DNA of 63,414 nt, filler included, from Reclinomonas americana ATCC 50394 (GCA_048213135.1; 8 parts of 4 records of this genome joined end to end with filler, not necessarily neighbours in it); one strand, 5' to 3'. Shown: positions 13,564 to 28,500, counted from the first letter of the whole stretch. Notes: generated by a model from the sequence alone, not told the origin. Translations and numbers: made by a program.

Positions 13564-16500
13564 ATGGCCGACGACGAACAGTCGCGGTTATCGCTGCGAG
13601 AGAAAGGCAGTGCTGCTGTTGCGTGAGAGAGAGAGCGAGAGAAAGAGAGGGAAAATGAGTTGTCTTGTGAGAAAGAGAGAGTTGGAGTTGTCTTTCTCTC
13701 TGCGTTGTTGTGCTGCTCGTTGGGGTGTTGTGAGGTGCGAAAGGGGCATTGTTGAGGCATTTGCAACTTGCAATCTCTCTCTCTCAATCATTGACTTGCC
13801 ATTCGCATTCTTCGCTCTTCCCTCTCTCTCTCACTCTCTCGCGCTCACTCTCTTTCTCTCTCTCTCTCTCACGCACATACACACACTCTCCCCCATCATC
13901 CCTCTGTGCAATCTCTCTCACGAGTCCTCACTGTGCAATCTCTCATTGTCTCTTGAGTTGTCTCTCTCTCATTCTCTCTGTGTGGGTTGCCGTCGCGTCC
14001 TCTCACTCGCTCTCTTTCTCTCTCACACACATTCTCTCTCTCTCTCTCTCCCATCATCTCTGTGCAATCTGTCTCACATGTCCTCGCTGTGCAATCTCTC
14101 ACTTGTCTCTCTCTCTCTCTGTGTAAGTGCGTTGCTGTGCGTTGTTGCTGCTCATTAGAGGCAGTGAGACGCGAAAGGCGTTGAGCTGATCATTCGTTTG
14201 CAGGTCAACCTCTCTCTCTCTCTCTCTCAGTCGCACAGCGCATCGACTTGTCCGTCGCATACTGCACTCTTCCCTCTCACTCACTCACACACTTTCTCTC
14301 CCCCCATCTTCTCTCTGTGCAAGCTTTCTCACACACCGTCACTGTACAGTCTCTATACGTCGATCTGCGCTCATTCTGTCACACTCTTTGCCTCTCGTCG
14401 TTTGCTGTGCTGCTGCTCGGTAGGGGTAGTGGGGCGTGAAAGGGGCAACGTCGAGGCCTTGCTGCTTGACACAATCACGTATCGTCAGCCGCACGTCGCT
14501 CTCACTCTCGCACTCTTTTCGTGTCAGTGAATCGCAAGGGCGCGTCGTCGAGGCGATCGTCGACCACTCACCTTCTCTGCCTTTCGGCTGCACGCCCTTG
14601 TCTTGCTGCCCCTCGCTCACTCACTCTGCTTCAGCTTGTCTTCTCCACCACCTCTCGCCGCTGCATTCTCTTCCATTTCCCTCCCTTTCCTCCCCTTCCT
14701 CCGCCTCCCTTTCCCTCCCACTTCCCTTCCCCTTCCACTCACCTCCCTTCCCCCTTCCCTCTCCACCTCCCTCCCCTTCCCGCCGCACAGTACCTGCGCT
14801 TCAAAAAGACCCGCGAAGCCGCCTCATCCACCGTCGTCTCCTCCTCCTCATCGACGACCACCATCACCACCACGACCACCACTGTCGCAGCCTCTTCCGC
14901 AGCAGCGAGCGATGCCGCCGCCGTTGTGGTCACCAACGATGTGAAGGTCGTGGAATCGTCGTCGTTGCAACAGAGCGAGAAGCGACTGTCGATGGACTAC
15001 TTGGAGGGGCCGAGCGTGCGCGAGCTGTTTGCGAGTCCGTCGCACCTGGCCAAGGCCAAGGATCACTACCAGAGCGAGCTGGAGAGGAGAGTTGCGTGCG
15101 ATGCGTGGCAGGAGGCGTGGAATTCTCTCCTTCGCCCTCTTGTCTTGCTCTTGGGCTTGGGAGGCAAGACCTCTCGATGTTGACATCTGCTGCTTTCTCC
15201 CTGACACAATGGGTTGAATCCCCGGTCTTCCCCCGTCTGCATCTGTCTCTCACCAGCTCACTAATTCAAATCGTACATGACGCGTTTCTTTATTGCTATG
15301 CTCTCGCACTTATGCGCTTTCCGTTGTGTGTTGTTCCGTCCACCTACCCTGATCCCTTCCCCGCATCCCCTCATCCCTTCCCCTCATATCTTCGCCTCAT
15401 TCCTTCGCCTCACCCCTTCGCCTCATCCCTTCATCCCTCATCTCCCTTTCCCCTCCTCTCGTCCTTTCCCCTTCTCCCTTCTCCTCACTCCCTGCTCCTT
15501 TTCTTCCCCCTCCTCCCTTTCCGATCCCTTCCCCCCATCCCTTCCACTATCCCCTTCCCCTCACCCCTTCGCCTCATCCCTTCGCCTCATCCCTTCCCCT
15601 CCTCCCTTCCCCTCCTCCCTTCCCCTCATCCCTTCCACTCATCCCTTCTCCCGTCCTTTCGTCTTCTCACTTCCTTCTCCTATTCTTCCCCCATCCCTTC
15701 CCTATCCCTTCCCCTCATCCCTTCCCCATCCCCCTCCCCTTTCTCCCTTCCCCTCATCCCTCATCTCCCTATCCCTTCCCCCCTTTCCTTCCCCTTCTTA
15801 CCCCTTTTCCTTCCCTATCCCTTCCCTATCCTTTCCCCCCATCCTTTCCCCATTTCCACCCTTCTCACCCCTTCCCCTTTCCTTTCCCTACATAGAGCTC
15901 CGCCCTCTCCCCCTCCCTCCTCGAAAGCCTGCGCAACGCCGTCAACATCCAAGACATCAACCTCGAAACCCACATTGACGAGCTCTGGCAATCCTACAAC
16001 CGCGGCGACGAATCCGCCCACCGCGAACTCATCTCTCTCCTGGTGTACCACACCAGCCTCCTCAAAATTCGCATGCGCCAGGTGCAAGAGAGCGAACTGG
16101 AGCTGTCCAAGCAGGACTGGGAGGACCATTTGGCTCTCGTCGTTGCGTCGACCACCACGAACCCATTTCTTCTCCTCTTTCTTCCTTTCTCAAATCCCCT
16201 TCTCCTTCCCTCCCCACAGTCCACGCTGGAGACTGAGAAACGGGAGCGCGACTTCCGCATCGGGCAGCTGGAGGAGGAGATTCGCCGCCTCAACGCCCTC
16301 CTGCGCGACCGCGAGAGCGCCATGAGCGCCGTGGAGGACCGCCAGACCGCTCTCCAGACGGAGTTGGACTCGGCCCGCGAATTCGTGACGCGCCTGCGTT
16401 CCGAGTCCACCACCAAGCAGTTGGAGATTGAGCTGTTAAAGCAGGAGCGTGAGTCGCTGTCGGCCTCGGTGGCCGACACGCAGCGCCGCCTGGTCGAGTC

Positions 16501-19500
16501 GATGAATGCCCTCGAGGACTCGGAGCAGCAGTTGCTCCAGCAGCAAAAATCGCCGTCAGCGGCCTCGGACGACGTGTCGCACACGCACGAGCTGCTGCAA
16601 GAGGCGCAGGCGGCACTCCGCGAGCAGCGCGACGAACTCGAGGCGGAGCTCGAGCGGGAGCGGCTGGCACTTACCGGCGCGCTGCAGGAGGCGCAGTCCA
16701 AGCTGCGCGAGCAAACGCAGTTGGCCGAGTCGGCGCAGCAAATGTACCAGAGCATCGCGCAGCAGCTGCGCGACCTCGATGCGCGCTACCAGGACGTGTC
16801 GCATGAGTTGGAGGTGAGATCTCTTGGGGAAGGGAGAAGGTGAAAGGAGAGGATGCTTAGTCGGCGTGGTGCAGTACCAAGAGTGCGAGCTGTGCAAGGC
16901 GCAAGCCGTGATCAAGGACAACAAGGAGGAGCTGACCCGCTGTGCCGAACACGAGCGCCAGCTGGAGCGTCAGGCCAAGGAGGCGGAGCATGTGGCCGCC
17001 ATGTGTCGATCTGCCCTCGAGAAGACGGAGATTGAGCATTTGGATATGTCGTTGGAGCTGGTGAGTGGAGGGCGAGTCTGGGACGGCTTCTTTCTTGCCT
17101 CATTCCTTCCTGTTTCGCACCTTGTTGCTGGGCCTCGCTACTCTCTTGCTCACTCCTACTCCTTCGCCTATTCCCCATTTTCCCCCTTCCCTTTCCCCTT
17201 CCCCCCTTCCCCCTTCTACCCCTTCTCCCCCCCTTCCTCCTTCCCTTTCCCCCCTACCCCCTTCCACCTTCCCCCTTCCCCCTTCCCCTTCTTCTCACTC
17301 CCCCTCCCTTCCCTTTCCTTTCCCCCCTCCGGCAGCTCCGCATCGGTGGCTGGGAAATGACCGCCGACGAAACCGTTCACGAACCCGCGGCAATCCGCAC
17401 CCGCGCCTGGGAAACCATCAAGGACGGCATTCGTGCCCTCCGTCAGCGCACCACCGCCTCGCCCACACGTCTCGGCGAACTGCAGTCAACCCTCGACAAG
17501 CGCACCGAAGAACTGGCAGCGGTGGAGGCACACAGATTACAGCTGGAGACGGAGTTGGCGGCTTTGCGTCAGCAGCAGGAAGAGAGTGCGTCCACGACGA
17601 CTGCTCGCCTCGCTGCCGCCGAGACAGACGCCGAGGCCTTGCGACAGCAGCTGCAAGTGGCTGGCGACAAGTCGGCCGAGCTGGCACAAGCGGAGAAGCG
17701 CGTCGCCGAGCAGCAAGCGCTGCTCGATCGAGCCGTGGGAGATGCCGCCGAGGCGCACGCTCGTGTTGCGACACTGGAGGAGGAGTTGGCGACGCTGCGT
17801 GAGCGCCAGTCCCACGACTCTGCCGAGTTGCGTCGAGTGGAGGAGGAGTTGCGTGTGGCGGTGGCCGACAAGGCCGCACTCGATACGCGCGTCTCCGAAC
17901 TGGAGGCGCAAGTGGAGCGCGACGAGACTGAGTTGGCGGCGGCCCGACTGGAAATCGCCTCGCACGAATCGGCGGCCGTCAGTCACGCGGAGCGCATGAC
18001 GCAGTTGGAAAAGGAGCTGGCCGATCGCAATGCTCGGTTGCAGCGACTGGAGGCCACACAGGGCGAGGCGTCGGAGACAATGGCGAAGATGAAGAAGTTG
18101 GAGGCGGAAGTGAGAGGTGAGTGGGCGTGAGGGAGAGGGATTTAATCATTCGTAGCCACTATTCCTCCCTTTCCCTCATTTCCTTTCCCTCACTCTCTCC
18201 CTTCCCCCCTTCAGCACTTCAATCCCAGGTGGAGGAAAAAGACCAACTGCTGGAGCGCGCCACTCGACAAGTGGTGTCCCTGCGCAACGAAAAGGAGGTG
18301 CTCGAGTTGCAAGCCAGCGAGCACGACGAGACGCTGGCCGAGGTCGAGCGTCGTGCTGAGCAGCTCATCATCCTGAATGCCCGCGAAGAGATGGACAAGG
18401 CCGAGATGCAGCGGGAACTCCACGATCGGCAGGAATATGGCGAACGAGTGTCAGAGGAGCTGGCGCAGTTGCACGTGCAGGTGACTTGATCACGGAAACA
18501 CACTGTCTGCATTCTGTTACTTAACAGTTTCTTGTAGATGGAGGCCATGTTGGCTGACACTGATTCGCGCACCAAACGGCAAGCCGAGGAGCTAACAAAC
18601 ATGCGCAGCGAGTTTGCCATCTTGCAGACGCGTCTCGAACAGCGTGAGGAAGCAGCGGCGTTCCTGGTGGATCAAGTCGATGTTTCTCGTGAGGAGATCT
18701 CCAAGCTGCGGGTACGTTGTGGCACTCCTCCCCTCTTCACTTCCCCCTTTCCCGTCCCTTGTGTTTCTCTCCTGTTCCCTCCTCCTGCCTATTTTCCCCC
18801 TGTTCCTTCCCCTTCCCCCTGTTCCATTCCCCTGTTCCTTCCCCCTTCCCCCTGTTCCATTCCCCTGTTCCTTCCCCCTTCCCCCTGTTCCATTCCCCTG
18901 TTCCTTCCCCCTTCCCCCTGTTCCATTCCCCTGTTCCTTCCTCCTGTTCCTTCCCCCGTTCCTTCCCCCGTTCCTTCCCCCGTTCCTTCCCCCCTTCTCC
19001 TTCCCCCTGTTCCTTCCCCTTCTCCTTCCCCTCCATCGCCCTCACCCTTGTCCCCCGTCCCCTTCCCCTTAGACTACTGTGGAGGAACTCGTCCGCGAGC
19101 ACGAGGAGGAGCTGCACCTGCGCGAACAAGACCAACTGGAGACCGAGGAGCGACTGGCAGAGGCAGAGCGCGAGGCACAAAACGCCCGTGAACAGCTGGA
19201 CCACGCCGTGGCGCGTGCGCAACAGCTGGTCGCCGAGGTCGGTACTCTCAAGGACGAGTTGGCCCGCCGCGATAACTCGACCGTGGCCGCCGACGAGGCG
19301 GCGCGAGCCAGCGTGGCGGCCACCGAGGCCAAGCTGACGAAGGCCGACGAGGAAGTGCGGCGGTTGCGCGAGGAGCTGGCCGACGCCAAGCAGCGACTCG
19401 GACAGGGCGAGGAGGATCTGGCGATGAAGGAACTCGAGGTGGCCGAGGCGGCGGGCAAGATCGAAAAAGCGCTCAACGAGTCCACGCAGCTGCGCCAGCA

Positions 19501-22500
19501 AGTGGCCCGACTGGAGAAGGAGCTGGCCAGTGCACGCACTCGTGTGGAGGAGCTGGAGGGTGAGCTCGCACAGTTGCGCGTGGCGCTCAAGACGGCACAG
19601 GAGGAGTCCGCCGAAAATCGATTGGCGGGCGAGGACGCCGTGGCCATGAAGGAGCTGGAGATTGAGGAGCAGCGCACTCGTGCTGTAGAAGCCGAGACGC
19701 AGCTGACCAAGACTCGCGAGCGCGTGATGCAGCTGGAGCGCGATGCAGCGGCGCTCTCCGAGGTCAAGCACGAACTCGGCAGCGCCGGTGATGCCATGCG
19801 AGTGCGCCTGCAGCAGACGGAGCGGGAGATTGAGGAGCAGCGCACTCGTGCTGTAGAAGCCGAGACGCAGCTGACCAAGACTCGCGAGCGCGTGATGCAG
19901 CTGGAGCGCGATGCAGCGGCGCTCTCCGAGGTCAAGCACGAACTCGGCAGCGCCGGTGATGCCATGCGAGTGCGCTTGCAGCAGACCAACGAGGCGTTGG
20001 AGACGGCACTTGCGCAGTTGCAGCGCGCCAACGACAAGCTGGCCACGGCCGACTTGGAGCAGGCCGAGGAGCGCGCCAAGTTCGATCAGCAGGCGGTGGA
20101 GCTCACGCGCTTGCGTGATCGCAACCGTCGTCTGCAAGAGGAACTCGAGACGGCCGTCGCAGATTCGCTGGTCTCTCGTGCGCTGGCCGAGGCCGCCCTC
20201 AGCCGCCCCTCCTCGCCAGTGGAAGCCGGTGGCAGCGTCGGCGAAGACGCCGTGCGCGACACGGCCCGCCTGTGTGTCGCCAGTGCCTTTACACGTGCAC
20301 TGGTGACGGAGCTGGACGAGTCCGAGGCGCAGCGTGTCATTGGTGCCGAGGCACTGCGCCGTCGTCAGGCCGACGTGAAGAAGCTGCAGGCGCAGCTGAA
20401 CGACGCTCCCAGTCAGCGGCGCGAGCCGCGTGTCAAACTTGCCGTTCCTGCACCAGCTCGCTCCGAGGCAGACGAGCGGGTGCGTGCGGAGCTGGAGGCG
20501 CGGCTCGCGGAGATGCAGCGGCAGGCAGACGATCTGGTGCGACAACTGGAGACGGACGGAAATCAGCACGAAGAGATTGTTCGCGAGGCCACTGTGTTGG
20601 TGCAGTCGCTGGAGCAGAAACTGGAGGCCGAGCAGCAGAAGACCAGGTATGGAGACGTGGTATCTGTCGGTGCTTTGAAGCATCCTCTATTCACACTCCT
20701 TTCTACCTGTTTTCACTCCTTCCCCTCTATTCTGGTCTCAGTTGCACCCTATTTACTCTATTTTCTTGCTTTTCATTTAGATCTTCATTTCTTTTATTAT
20801 CCTCTTCTGCTCTCCAGTCGCTTAGATTGCTTCATCTCTCTCTCTCTTCGCTCTGTCGCCCTCTCTGTCTCTCTGTCTCTCTCTCTCTCTTCGCTCTGTC
20901 GCCCTCTCTCTCTCTCTGTCGCCATTCAGCTATTATTCTTTCATTCTGTGTCTCTGTGTTTGCGCTGTTTTCTTGTCCTTCTTTCTCTCTCTTTTCACTC
21001 TCTTCCTCATTCTATTAGTCCTCCCTTTCCTCAAGGCGCTCTCTCGTCCTCTCTTTCTTCCCTCCTCACTCTATCCTTCTTCTTCTTTCTCCATCCTCTC
21101 TCTTTCCCCCTCCCCATTCTCTTTCGAGACCACATCTCACCACTTGTTCTTGGCGCCAGGCAACTTTCGGAACGCATTGCCGTGCTGGAATCACAACCAC
21201 AGTTGCATTTCTTCGCGTATCATTCTCTTCGTTGCTTACTGAGAATGCTGACAATCATTCATTCTCGCTGCAGACCAACACCAGAGGCAGCACCGACCAA
21301 CGCAACGGAGCACATTACTCGCGAGTCCACCGAGTGCGTCACATCTCCCTCTCCACTGTGCCATTCTTCCAACTCACACGCGTTGCTTGAACCAGGTTGT
21401 GGAACGAGAATCAACGCCTGCTGCAGCGTTTGGATGACTCGCACGCTGCGGTGCGACGATTGGAAACCACATTGACACAGTGCGTTTCTGCAGTCTCGAT
21501 TGTCTTTCCAACCATGCTTCGTCTCATTCTTTGCTCACCTCTACCCCACAGAACGGAGGAGAGCTACCAGCATCTGCAGCGCGAGCTGGACGAGCAAAGC
21601 AAGGCGTTCAACACTGACATGGAAATGGCCAATCGAACGATTGCGGCGCTCGATGCAGAGCGTGAACGCAATGCATCGGCCGCCGAACAGCTGCGCGCTC
21701 AACTGGCGGCTGCGCAAGAGCAATTGAAGGCTGCAGAGAAGCAACGGCTGGAGGCCATGGAGAATCAATCAACCTCAATAGACGCAATGCAGCAGCAGTT
21801 GGAGGCTGCTGAGAAGCGCGCTGCTGTGGCGGATGAGTTGCAGCAACAGCTGGAGGCGGCAGGCAAGCGGAACGCAAAGCTGGAGAAGAAACTGCGCAGC
21901 ACCGAGACTCTGGCCAACGATCTCGGCGAGCAGTTGCGCCAGATGAACGACGTGGTCGCCGACTTGCAGCAGCAGCAGCAGCAGGTGCAGAGGGCAACAG
22001 AGGAGCCTCGTGTTCCACCCTCACCCTCTGCCGGAGACAAGCTGGCGGAGCTGGAAGAGGCGCGTGCCACCATTGCCAGACTGGAAACGGAGCTCGACGA
22101 GACCAAAATGTCGCTGGCACTTGCGCAGGCGCAGGTCGAGGATCTGCCAGATGCGTCCGAGGCGGCACGTGTGATTGCATCGCGGTTGCGCCACCGACGG
22201 ACATCTGGCTCGTTTGTGGATCCTGGACTCCCGACAGAACCTGAGGTCGGTGGCGGCGGCGGGGTGGAATTGTGAGACCATTTCTTTTGCTAACACATTT
22301 CCCCTCCACTCTCCAGATTGGCAACGAGGATGTGGAGCACGCACTGTTTGAGGAGGTTTCGGCCCTCGAAGCCGAGCTGGAACGACTCAACAAGGAGAAT
22401 GCGAAGCTGCAGCAGGTAGGGGAGGGCGCACGAGTGGAGTGTGTGTGCAGTTGATCTCGTGCTAACATCGCAAACAGTCACTGGATCAATTGACGATGCG

Positions 22501-25500
22501 CTTGACAGACGAGGAGCAGGTGCGTGACGACAAGCACAGGCCAGTTCTTGTGTGCACTCTTTCTTTGTCTGATCATTCGTGCTGTGTTGCAGGCCTCTGA
22601 GTTGTTCCGAGCGGCCCTCGAAAAGGTATACACCACTGTGCTCTGCGGTCGTGACAGCCAGTCCTGTTTCCTCACTCTTCTTCCCACCAGAACGACGCCT
22701 CGGAAACCATTCGTCTGCTGAAGGAGGCCAGGGAGGCTGACCGCGAGCTCATTGAGGAGCTGCGAACAGAAGTGGAGGCGTACGAGAAGGTTCTTCAAAA
22801 ATGCATCTCGTGTGTTGCTTTTCATGTCTCACACAACTGCGCAGGAGGGCATGGAGGTCGGGCGAGAGATTGCCGACTTGCGCTCTGAGTTGCGAGCGAC
22901 GCAGGAGAGCGCGTCGGCGATTGCGAGCGGCGGCGAGGCACTGGATCGTTCCGAGCTGGTGGAGATATTGCAGGGCGAGTTGGAGGACAACAAGACTGAG
23001 ATGCAGCGACTGGCGGCGGTGCGGATTGATATGAGCGCTTCTCCCACATACCAGTCTCTCACATCTTATGGCTCGCAGGAGCGTGACGAGGCTGTGCAAG
23101 TGGCGCAGCAGCAGCACCAGCAGATTGAGGCGTTGAGCAAGTCGCAATACGAGTTGCAGCACTATCTCAACGCTCTGGCAGACGTTCGTGCTTTTGTTGT
23201 CGAAGTGATGAATTGGAAGGATGCCCGTTTTGCTGATTCGCTGTTGTGAATGCAGAAACTGGAGGAACGCAATGCCGAAGTCCGCAAGCTGAACAAGCTG
23301 GTCAAGCTTCGCGACGGCGAACTGCAGGAAGCGCGCAGTCAGAAGCGCGGCAGCTCTGGCAACCCAGCTTCAACACGCCTCGGCGAGGAAGTCAGTGCCT
23401 TGACTGCAGTGGTTGCGTTGACTCCCGCTGTCGTGAGGGCGAAGTGCACGGGGCGACTGACATGATTTGGTTCTCGAAACACAGTTGCGCAAGAAGGATC
23501 GCACGATCCAGGAGCTTGAGTGGAAGCTGCGCGAAAAGGACAGCGCATTGACGACATTCTCGAAAGAACTCGACTCGGTCGAGCGGCGGGGTATGTGCTG
23601 TACGATACTCAAGCTAACCTGTCATACCGGCTGACTTTTCTTGCTGCGCAGAGAGGATCCAATCGCTTGGCGAGGAGGTTTGTGAGAAAAGAGACACGGT
23701 GTGAATGTGAATGAGTGCTGATTCTTTGTGTTGATTGGTCAGGGATCGGTCAAAGCGGTTGGTCAAGGGCGATATCTCAATGCTTGTGATCGCTGTGATT
23801 CTTAACTTCGGTTTTTTGTGCATCGCAGTTGTTGCAGGCGGAAGAGCACATTGGTAAGCTGAAACAGGCGCTGGCGGAGCGCGACAACGAGCTGGATGTG
23901 GTCACTCGCGAGCTGCATTTGCTTGACGAGCGTTGCGTCTCTCTCTTTTTTTCTTCATCTCGACTGTCGTTGTGCTGATTGCTGGTGCGCAGGTCACCGA
24001 CATGCACTGGAACAAGTCGAGGTCAGTCGCAACACCGCTCTCTTGTCATCGATTCTGTTTCTCACCGAATTGTGATGGTGCAGAGCGAGTTGACTGCTGC
24101 TCGAGAGGCACTGGATCGGCAGGAGGCACGGGCACCAGTGGCAGGTGCGTGGGACGCAATGCTGTAACACAAGGGCACAGTTTCTCACACAACTTCATTT
24201 GTGCAGCTATGATTCCATCACTTCGCGGTTTGTGTGATGCGCAACGGTGCACCAATCTAACTCTCGATTCTCACCTCGACCGTGCAGTTGACAAGCCAGG
24301 AGAGGATGCTTCCTCCGAATCTGGTGAGTCTGTCGTGTGAATACTTGTATATTTGCAGCGCATCTGACTCTTCCTACCAGCAGGCAACGAGGACTCGCAA
24401 GCCGTACAGGCCCAGCTGCGCCACATGTATGCCGAGGTGCGTCTCCACGTTCACTGTGTAGCTCCTGCAGTATCACGCAACTCACCGCTCAACAGATGTC
24501 TGCGCTACAAACGGCAATGGAGAGTGAGCGACAGGATCGTCTCAATGAGCTTCACGCACACCAGCATACCATCGAGCACCTGCAGCATCGCTTGTCGGAG
24601 CGCGATTGTGCCGTGCAGATGCTCAAGGACGCGGTGGAGAAGTATGCCGTTGGTTCGTGCACATTTCGGTGATACAGCCACCGTTTCATACACACGCTGA
24701 CAAGGGTGAATGCAGAGCGAAGCGAGGCGCTGAATCAGGCGCGTCATGCACACGATGAGCTGCAACGAGCGCACTCGGAGATTGGCAGCCTGCAGCGCGA
24801 TTTGCGGGATCGCCACGAGGCGATTGAGATTCTGTCGAGTGAGTTGGAGCAAGTGCATGCTGGTGAGTGAGTGGGTGTGCAGGGGAAGAGGAAGCGAGGG
24901 GAAAAAGGATGGGGGACAGCAGAGAGATGTAGGGGAAGGGATATGCAGGGGAAGGGAGATGCAGGGGAAGGGGGATAAAGGGGAAGCGAGGAGAGGAAAG
25001 GATGGGGGACAGGAGCGTAAGAGGGCGCAGCATGAGCCGTCAGAAGGTCGTCGGGATTAGAGTAGTCTGGTTGCAGTGCGTGCGAAACAATCTCTGACAC
25101 TTCGTGGAGGAAAGACGAAGAGAGAGGAAAGAGATAGAAGAGAAAGCAAGGGAGTGGAAATAGGGAAGGGCGAAAGGGAGAAAGGGAAAGTAAGGCAGCA
25201 GGCAGTGGAAGTGAGAGGTGAGGCAGTTTGGTAGACTAGAAGTGACGAAACTATCGTGCACAGCTGTCTGCCGACTCGACGCCTCTCTCGCAGTCAGTGT
25301 GGTGTCTACTGACTGTTTTCTGCCTGCGTTTCTTGCTCTCTCATGTATGTCTCTCTGCGTTCCTGTCAGTGGAGCGTGTTGTGATTCTCTGTTGCGTTTC
25401 TCTCTCTCTCTCTCTCGCAATCTTTTTCGGCATGTTTGCATATCTTGTGTGATTCAGTGTGGCATCCTTGTGTTTGCCTGTCGTGTATCTGCACGACGCT

Positions 25501-28500
25501 CCGTGTACCTTGTTGCCTTTTGTGTTTGCGAGAGTCTAACACCTCGGCGCAGAGAAATCCCACCTCGCCAAGCAAGTCCATCAGGCGGCCTTGGCGCAGC
25601 GCCAGATTGATGGAGAGCATGAGGCGATGGTCATGGAGATGCAAGAGAGGTAAGACATTCATTGCAGACTCATTCTCCTTGCCACCACCGCCACTCACCA
25701 CCTTTTTCACTCTCGCAGATTGGCAGCGGCCGCAGACGATGCCCGCAAGGCGGCCACCAGTCGCACACGCGATGTGTCGCGCTGGAAGGGCGAGTTGCAG
25801 ACGCTGTTGGATGCCAACAAGCAGTTGACGGAGGACGTGAAGAGTCTGCAAGCGGCACATGAGCACACCCTGGAGGGCATGCAGCACGAGCATCAGCGCG
25901 TGAAGCATCGCCTGGATCGCGTGCTGAGTGATCGACGTCGCTTGCGGCAGGCCATTGGAGATGCCACGGCGCACTTTTCGCCCATTTCGCCCATGTCACC
26001 CGTGTCGTCGTCATCGTCACGCAAGACTGAGACTGCTCTCGCGAGACTGCAGGCACTGGTCGAGCACTATGGCGCACAGCAGCACAAGGTGAGACACAAA
26101 CGAAAGTGTGGTGTGATGCTTTTTGATTGAGATTCTTATTGGGCGCTGCAGATTTCCGAGTTGCAGTTGGCGCTCCGTGAACTGATGGCCGAGGTGGAAC
26201 AGTGGAGGACCACCGTGTCAATGACGGGCGCACAGCAGCAGTCGTCGCCACCCATGCGCCGATCGCCGCTGGCCACTGCACGCAGCGTGGATGCCAATAG
26301 CTCGCCCATGTTGCGTGCACTCAATTCTGTTGGCATCAGCATCTCATTGGTACTCACACTCCTTTTTTGTACCGAATGAACAGTCCATTCGAGGACCTGG
26401 AGCGACAGGCGCAGCTCATGGTGGAGCTCGACCGAGTGCACACTCAGTTGGAACAATCAGAACGGGCGCGCCGTGATGCGGCTACCGTGCTGGCGCACGG
26501 CCGTTCACCGGTGGCGACTGGCTCACCGGGCATGTCTAACAAGGAGCAGCACTCATCGCCGACCTCGTCGTCGTCCACCACCGCCGCTGCTGTGACCATG
26601 GGCTCGCCGACACAGGCCGCACGCCAGCTGCAGGAGATTGCGCACTTGCAGTCGGTCATTTTCCAGTTGCAGCACCAGGTGTCGACGCTGACACAAGAGC
26701 GCACTCGCTACGCCGAATCGATGCAGACGATGCACCAACTGAAGACCGAGTATCAGCAGCTCACGTTGCGATTCGAACAGCAGCGCGAGGAGGTGACTGG
26801 AGAGGACGGGGGTCGGGGGGGGAGCTGTGTTGGTTGATGCTGACTATTTTGGGGTGCAGCATGAACGCACACACAATGCGCTGGAGCGATACCAGTCTGC
26901 TGAGAACAAGTCCAACTCGGAAGCCAAGCAGATGGAGGCTCTGGTCGTGCGACTGGAACAGGCACTGAAGGACAAGGAGCGGAGCGAGAGGGAGCTGCAG
27001 GAGGTAGGAGGAAAGAGCGGAGAAAGTGAGCGCGTTGACTGACATGCTTGTTGCCGTGCAGACCATCTCCCGCTTCGAAAATCGCGAGATGCGCATGAGC
27101 CAGCACACGCGTGATTTGGAGACGGAGCTGCGCACCTTCCGTGATGGGCAGCGGTGAGTAATTTCGCGATAAGGGGACAGATAATGTTGATTCTCATTTT
27201 CTGGGGTGCAGTCGCGCGCACGATCGACAAGATGCCGATGCCACGTCGAGTGACCGGTTGCTGATTGAGGAGTTGCGGTTGTCGAACAGTGACCTGCGTG
27301 GTCAGCTCTCGAGACTCGGCGCGGAGATTGAGTTCTTGCAGGAGAGGTTGCGGGATGCCCATGCGGAGAAGGCGAGTGGTGGGAAAGGGATTGTGGGGAA
27401 GGGGAATAAGGGGAAGGGGCCCGAGACAAAAATGGAAAGTGTCAGAAAGAGAGAAAGGGATGGAGAATGGGGGGAAAGAGAAGGAAGGCGATCAGAGATG
27501 TTGGTAGGGAATGTGAAGGGCAAAGTAGATTGGAAACGAAGCCAAGTATGTGTGCACTATGATATGTGTTGTGAAAGTGAAGGAGCTAGTAGGCCTGTGC
27601 ATTGGAGAAGGGAACGGTGAAGAATAGAACAGTTGCAGTCGGCTGACAGTAGAACAGGAGCTGGGGATTTGCTTCGAATTTTAGAGTGTCATGAAAGACA
27701 ATCCGCCAGAATGTGTGGAGTTGTCTCACTTCTGGCACTTGCAGGCCGCCCTCACCGCACAATGCGAACTTGCGGCACACGAACGCCACCATGTGGAGAA
27801 TCATCTGCGCGAAGTGCTGCGTGAGAGGCAGTCGCTGATGGTGAGTTGGCAGCGATTGGGAGCATTCGGTGGATTGGTGTCTGACTCTTGTTCAAATGAC
27901 AGGGCAAGGCTGTTGACGCTGAGCTCGTGCAGCGCCTGCGAAGTGAGAACGAGTCGCTGCGAGTGGACTTGGGAGTGGCGTTCCAATTGCTGCGAAAGGG
28001 AGCAACGTTGCCGGCTGCAGGGCAGTCGCAGTCGTCGTTGACAAGAGCATTGCCGGTGATGGTGCGTGAGAAAGGGGAAGGGAAGGGAAGAGGGAGAGAG
28101 AGAAAGAAAGAAAGAAAGGTGTGATATTTGAATCTCAATCATGTCTGTGGTCTTTCTTGGTGGACAACTGTGCCTACCTAGTCGGGAGCGTTTGTCACTC
28201 TCGCTGAGCGATTGTGCGTCACACTTTGTATATCGAGTTGTGGCATCGTGATCACCGTGCTTTGGTGTTTGTAAGTGAGTGAGTGAGATAGTGATCTTCG
28301 TCCTTTGCTATAAAAAAAGGCTGTCGTTTTTCCTGTCAAAGTTTTGGTGTATCGTTCTCGTGGAATCTGAGTATCTCGACTCACCTGCGTTACTGTTGCT
28401 TTCCTGCTTCTTTCTTTGAATGGTTTTTTGTCGTCAGTTACCTTTCTTCTTTCTTCTCAGTGCGTTTGGGCTCTCTCCTTTTCTCTCCCCTCCTTGGGTG

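Noticed and set aside
15085..15120. Apparent GA, GG or GC donors at ~15085-15115, ~16124 and ~39275
   Set aside because: Each is resolved in frame by a nearby GTTGCGT donor.
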